This document shows, in pieces, positions 60,971 to 64,000 of a stretch of DNA of 64,000 nt. Source of the stretch: Mobula hypostoma (taxonomy: Eukaryota). Each line of letters opens with the position of its first letter. Position 1 is the first letter of the stretch. The stretch lies in contig NC_086098.1 of NCBI RefSeq assembly GCF_963921235.1, positions 8,184,001 through 8,248,000 of the forward strand. The letters are read 5' to 3'. The notes under the pieces are model-generated. The model was not told the DNA's origin, ran no database searches, and saw nothing but the letters and a program-made list of their open reading frames with translations. The translations under genes and the position numbers were made by a program.

Positions 60971-62220
60971 TAGAACATAGAACATAGAACAGTACATTAC
61001 AGGCCCTTCAGCCCACAATGTTGTGTCGACCCTTAAACCCTGCCTCCCGTATAACCCCCCACCTTAAATTCCTCCATATACCTGTCTAGCAGTCTCTTAA
61101 ACTTCACTAGTGTATCTTCCTCCACCACTGACTCAGGCAGTGCATTCCACGCACCAACCACTCTCTGAGTAGAAAACCTTCCTCTAATATCCCCCTTGAA
61201 CTTCCCACCCCTTACCTTAAAGCCATGTCCTCTTGTACTGAGCAGTGGTGCCCTGGGGAAGAGGTGCTGGCTGTCCACTCTATCTATTCCTCTTAATATC
61301 TTGTATACTTATATCATGTCTCCTCTCATCCTCCTTCTCTCAAGAGAGTAAAGCCCTAGCTCCCTTTGATCTCTGATCATAATGCATACGCTCTAAACCA
61401 GACAGCATCCTGGTAAATCTCCTCTGTACCCTTTCCAATGCTTCCACATCCTTCCTATAGTGAGGCAACCAGAACTGGACACAGTACTCCAAGTGTGGTC
61501 TAACCAAAGTTTTATAGAGCTGCATCATTACCCCGCGACTCGTAAACTCTATCCCTCGACATGAGAGCTAACTCTCCATAAGATTTCTTAACTATCCTGT
61601 CTACCTGTGAGGCAACTTTCAGGGATCTGTGGACATGTAACCCCAGATCCCTCTGCTCCTCCACGCTTCCAAGTATCCTGCCATTTACTTTGTACTCTGT
61701 CTTGGATTTTGTCCTTCCAAAGTATACCACCTCACACTTCTCTGGATTGAACTCCATCTGCCACTTCTCAGCCCACTTCTGCATCCTATCAATGTCTCTC
61801 TGCAATCTTTGACAATCCTCTATACTATCGACAACACCATCAAACTTTGTGTCGTCTGCAAACTTGCCAACCCACCCTTCTACCCCCACATCCAGGTCGT
61901 TAATAAAAATCACGAAAAGTAGAGGCCCCAGACCGATCCTTGCGGGACACTACTAGTCACAACCCTCCAATCCGAATGTACTCCCTCCACCACAACCCTC
62001 TGCCTTCTGCAGGCAAGCCATTTCTGAATCCACCTGCCCAAACTTCCCTGGATCCCATGCCTTCTGACTTTCTGAATAAGCCTACCGTATGGAACCTTGT
62101 CAAATGCCTTACTAAAATCCATACAGATCACATCCGCTGCACTACCCTCATCTATATGCCTAGTCACCACCTCAAAGAACTCTATCAGGCTTGTTAGACA
62201 CGATCTGCCCTTCACAAAGC
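60971..62220 (-). mobile_element. 5'-truncated CR1 inside the Gypsy
   Basis: [29 protein letters not shown]; (agaacat) tail. Confidence 0.93.
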
Positions 62221-63424
62221 CAATTCAAAGTAGCCAATTCATTCTTCATGGCTACTGGGACCACTGGCATTGCCCATGGGCTCCACTCAACCTTGCTAAG
62301 AACTCCTCCAGCCTTCATGCGACCTAGCTCACTGGCTACTTTATCATGGATGGTATAAGGAACCAGTTAGGCTTTGTTAAACTGAGGGTATGGCATTTTC
62401 ATTTAGCACTGTTTTACCCTTAATATATTTGGGTTTTCCTATGCCATCCTTGGACACTGATGTGGCATCATGTGGAACCTTAAAATGCTTTCAGCTGACT
62501 CTTTTTCAGGAGGTGCGGCATACAAATGATGGATGATCTCCAATCTAGTTGTGGTTGTCCCAGCCACTCACCACTGCAAAATGCTGGCCCTCCTGTTTTT
62601 ACCACATACAAGCCAAATGTGGCTTATTGGTTGCTGTATTTGACTGTTATGAATGTCATTCCCACTGGAGTTATCTTTTCACCAGTGTAAGTTCTTCGTT
62701 GGATATCTGCAGGCTTCAGTTCAGTATCTTTGAAATGCCATTCAAAGACATTTTGTTTTTATAACAGGAACAGCCAACCCAGTGTCCAATTCCATTTTAA
62801 TTAATTTACTGTTCACCTCTGGTGTAAGACATATGGCTTATCTATTGTTAGTTTTCAAATCTCAAGGATAGCCAGTCCTCTGCCATTCTCATCATTATCA
62901 GATATTTCATCAGTAACATGCAGATTAGTGCTCTTTTTGAAACTGCAACTTGATGTTTTATATTTCTGTCTCGGTATGGCTCCCATTTTGTTTGATTTTC
63001 TGCAAATTTTGCCTTTAAACTTGCAGTAATCTGGTGTATATGAGCCTCTGTTACAATGGTAACACAATTTGTTTGGCCAGGCCCGTTTCTGTTTAGGCAT
63101 CACAATTTTGTTCGTCTTCACTTTCATTCTTGAATGCAACTCAATTGCTTCACTGTCCGTTGTTTCCATTGACACAATGATTTCAACTGCTTTTGAATGC
63201 TTTCTTGTAAGATTCCGCAAAGTAACCAATCTCTCAGTGCATCATTAAGCCCTTAACTGAATTGAAAATGCTTAGGCAATCTCTTCAATTCACCTACATA
63301 CTCTGAAATGGTCTCCCCTTCATTTTCACTCTGCTTATGAAACCTAAAGCTTTCTGCAATCAAGAATGGCTTCCATTCTAAATGTTCTTGCATTACTTTC
63401 ACTATATCAGCAGAGCTAATTTCC

Positions 63425-63625
63425 ATAAGGACACGAGATACAGGAGCAGAATTAGTCCATTTGTCCCACCGAGTGTGCTCCACTATTTCATCATGGCTGA
63501 TCCATTTCCCTCTCAGCCCCAATCTCCTGCCATTTCCCCATATCCCATCATGACTAATCAAGAATCTATCAACCTCTACCTTAAATATACCCTTCACAGC
63601 CGTTTGTGTCAACGAGTCCCCCAAA
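63425..63625 (-). mobile_element. CR1 3' tail inside the Gypsy gag
   Basis: IFKVEVDRFLIS...; gatacaggagcagaattag 3'UTR. Confidence 0.75.
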
Positions 63626-64000
63626 GTTACAATTCATGTTTTCATCACATTTGGTTGTAGCAGTCAAACTTCTAAGCAAACTGTATGCTCTTCCACCTAT
63701 TACACTCAGCAAAACTGCCATTCGTTTTTCCTTAGGTATTTCATTTGCTTCAAAATACTACATAATTCACTCAGTATACATCAATTAGTTATCTCTTGTG
63801 CAAATCAAGTGTGTCTATATTTCTGATGTAGCCAGCCATTTCTACTTTTTTATAATTATTATCACTCAGTACTCATCATTTATGAACCCATGAATTGGTT
63901 CATTTTCTACCTTTTTTTATCTCAACAATCTCTGTCCCTTCCCAAAGAAGCACATATTGTTTTCTTTAATTAGCCATTTTTTTGCTGCGCTTTTTTTAAT

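Larger units (their letters stand above)
60095..63839 (-). pseudogene. Decayed Ty3/Gypsy (Mag-like) gag-pol, interrupted by CR1 insertions
   Basis: gag LIAESFRFH..EGETISEY; knuckle CYHCNR...C; protease MELDTG (~62780); RT MDQVL...HLDDI; RNase H LTHYDP...SDTSPYGIGAV. Confidence 0.88.

Overview
Eukaryotic, repeat-saturated, largely non-genic DNA. The repeat repertoire (CR1 LINEs with (TTTCTATG)n-type tails, V-SINE/HE1-like SINEs, Rex1/Babar LINEs, Penelope-type tails) points to a cartilaginous fish, probably a ray; that assignment is inference. Nearly all ORF-track entries are decayed retroelement fragments, antisense shadows or microsatellite artefacts. Main content: many nested CR1 copies (two near-full-length, one young 5'-truncated copy with an intact 555-aa RT ORF), two decayed Gypsy elements (one with a PNMA-like gag and no RT/RNase H, one Mag-like), solo/partial LTRs, RTE-type and tRNA-derived SINEs, and Tc1-like and hAT-like non-autonomous transposons. 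No host gene can be named; a strong minus-strand 29-nt micro-exon candidate suggests the window may be intronic. Best leads: (1) an in-frame U_UUA_AAC slippery heptamer plus stop at the ORF1/ORF2 junction of two CR1 families, suggesting -1 ribosomal frameshifting; (2) dispersed minimal hammerhead-ribozyme motifs in short TSD-flanked retroposons; (3) a ~6 kb head-to-head CR1 quasi-palindrome; (4) composite MITEs carrying captured cargo. Family names come from motif recognition only; boundaries lacking TSDs are approximate.
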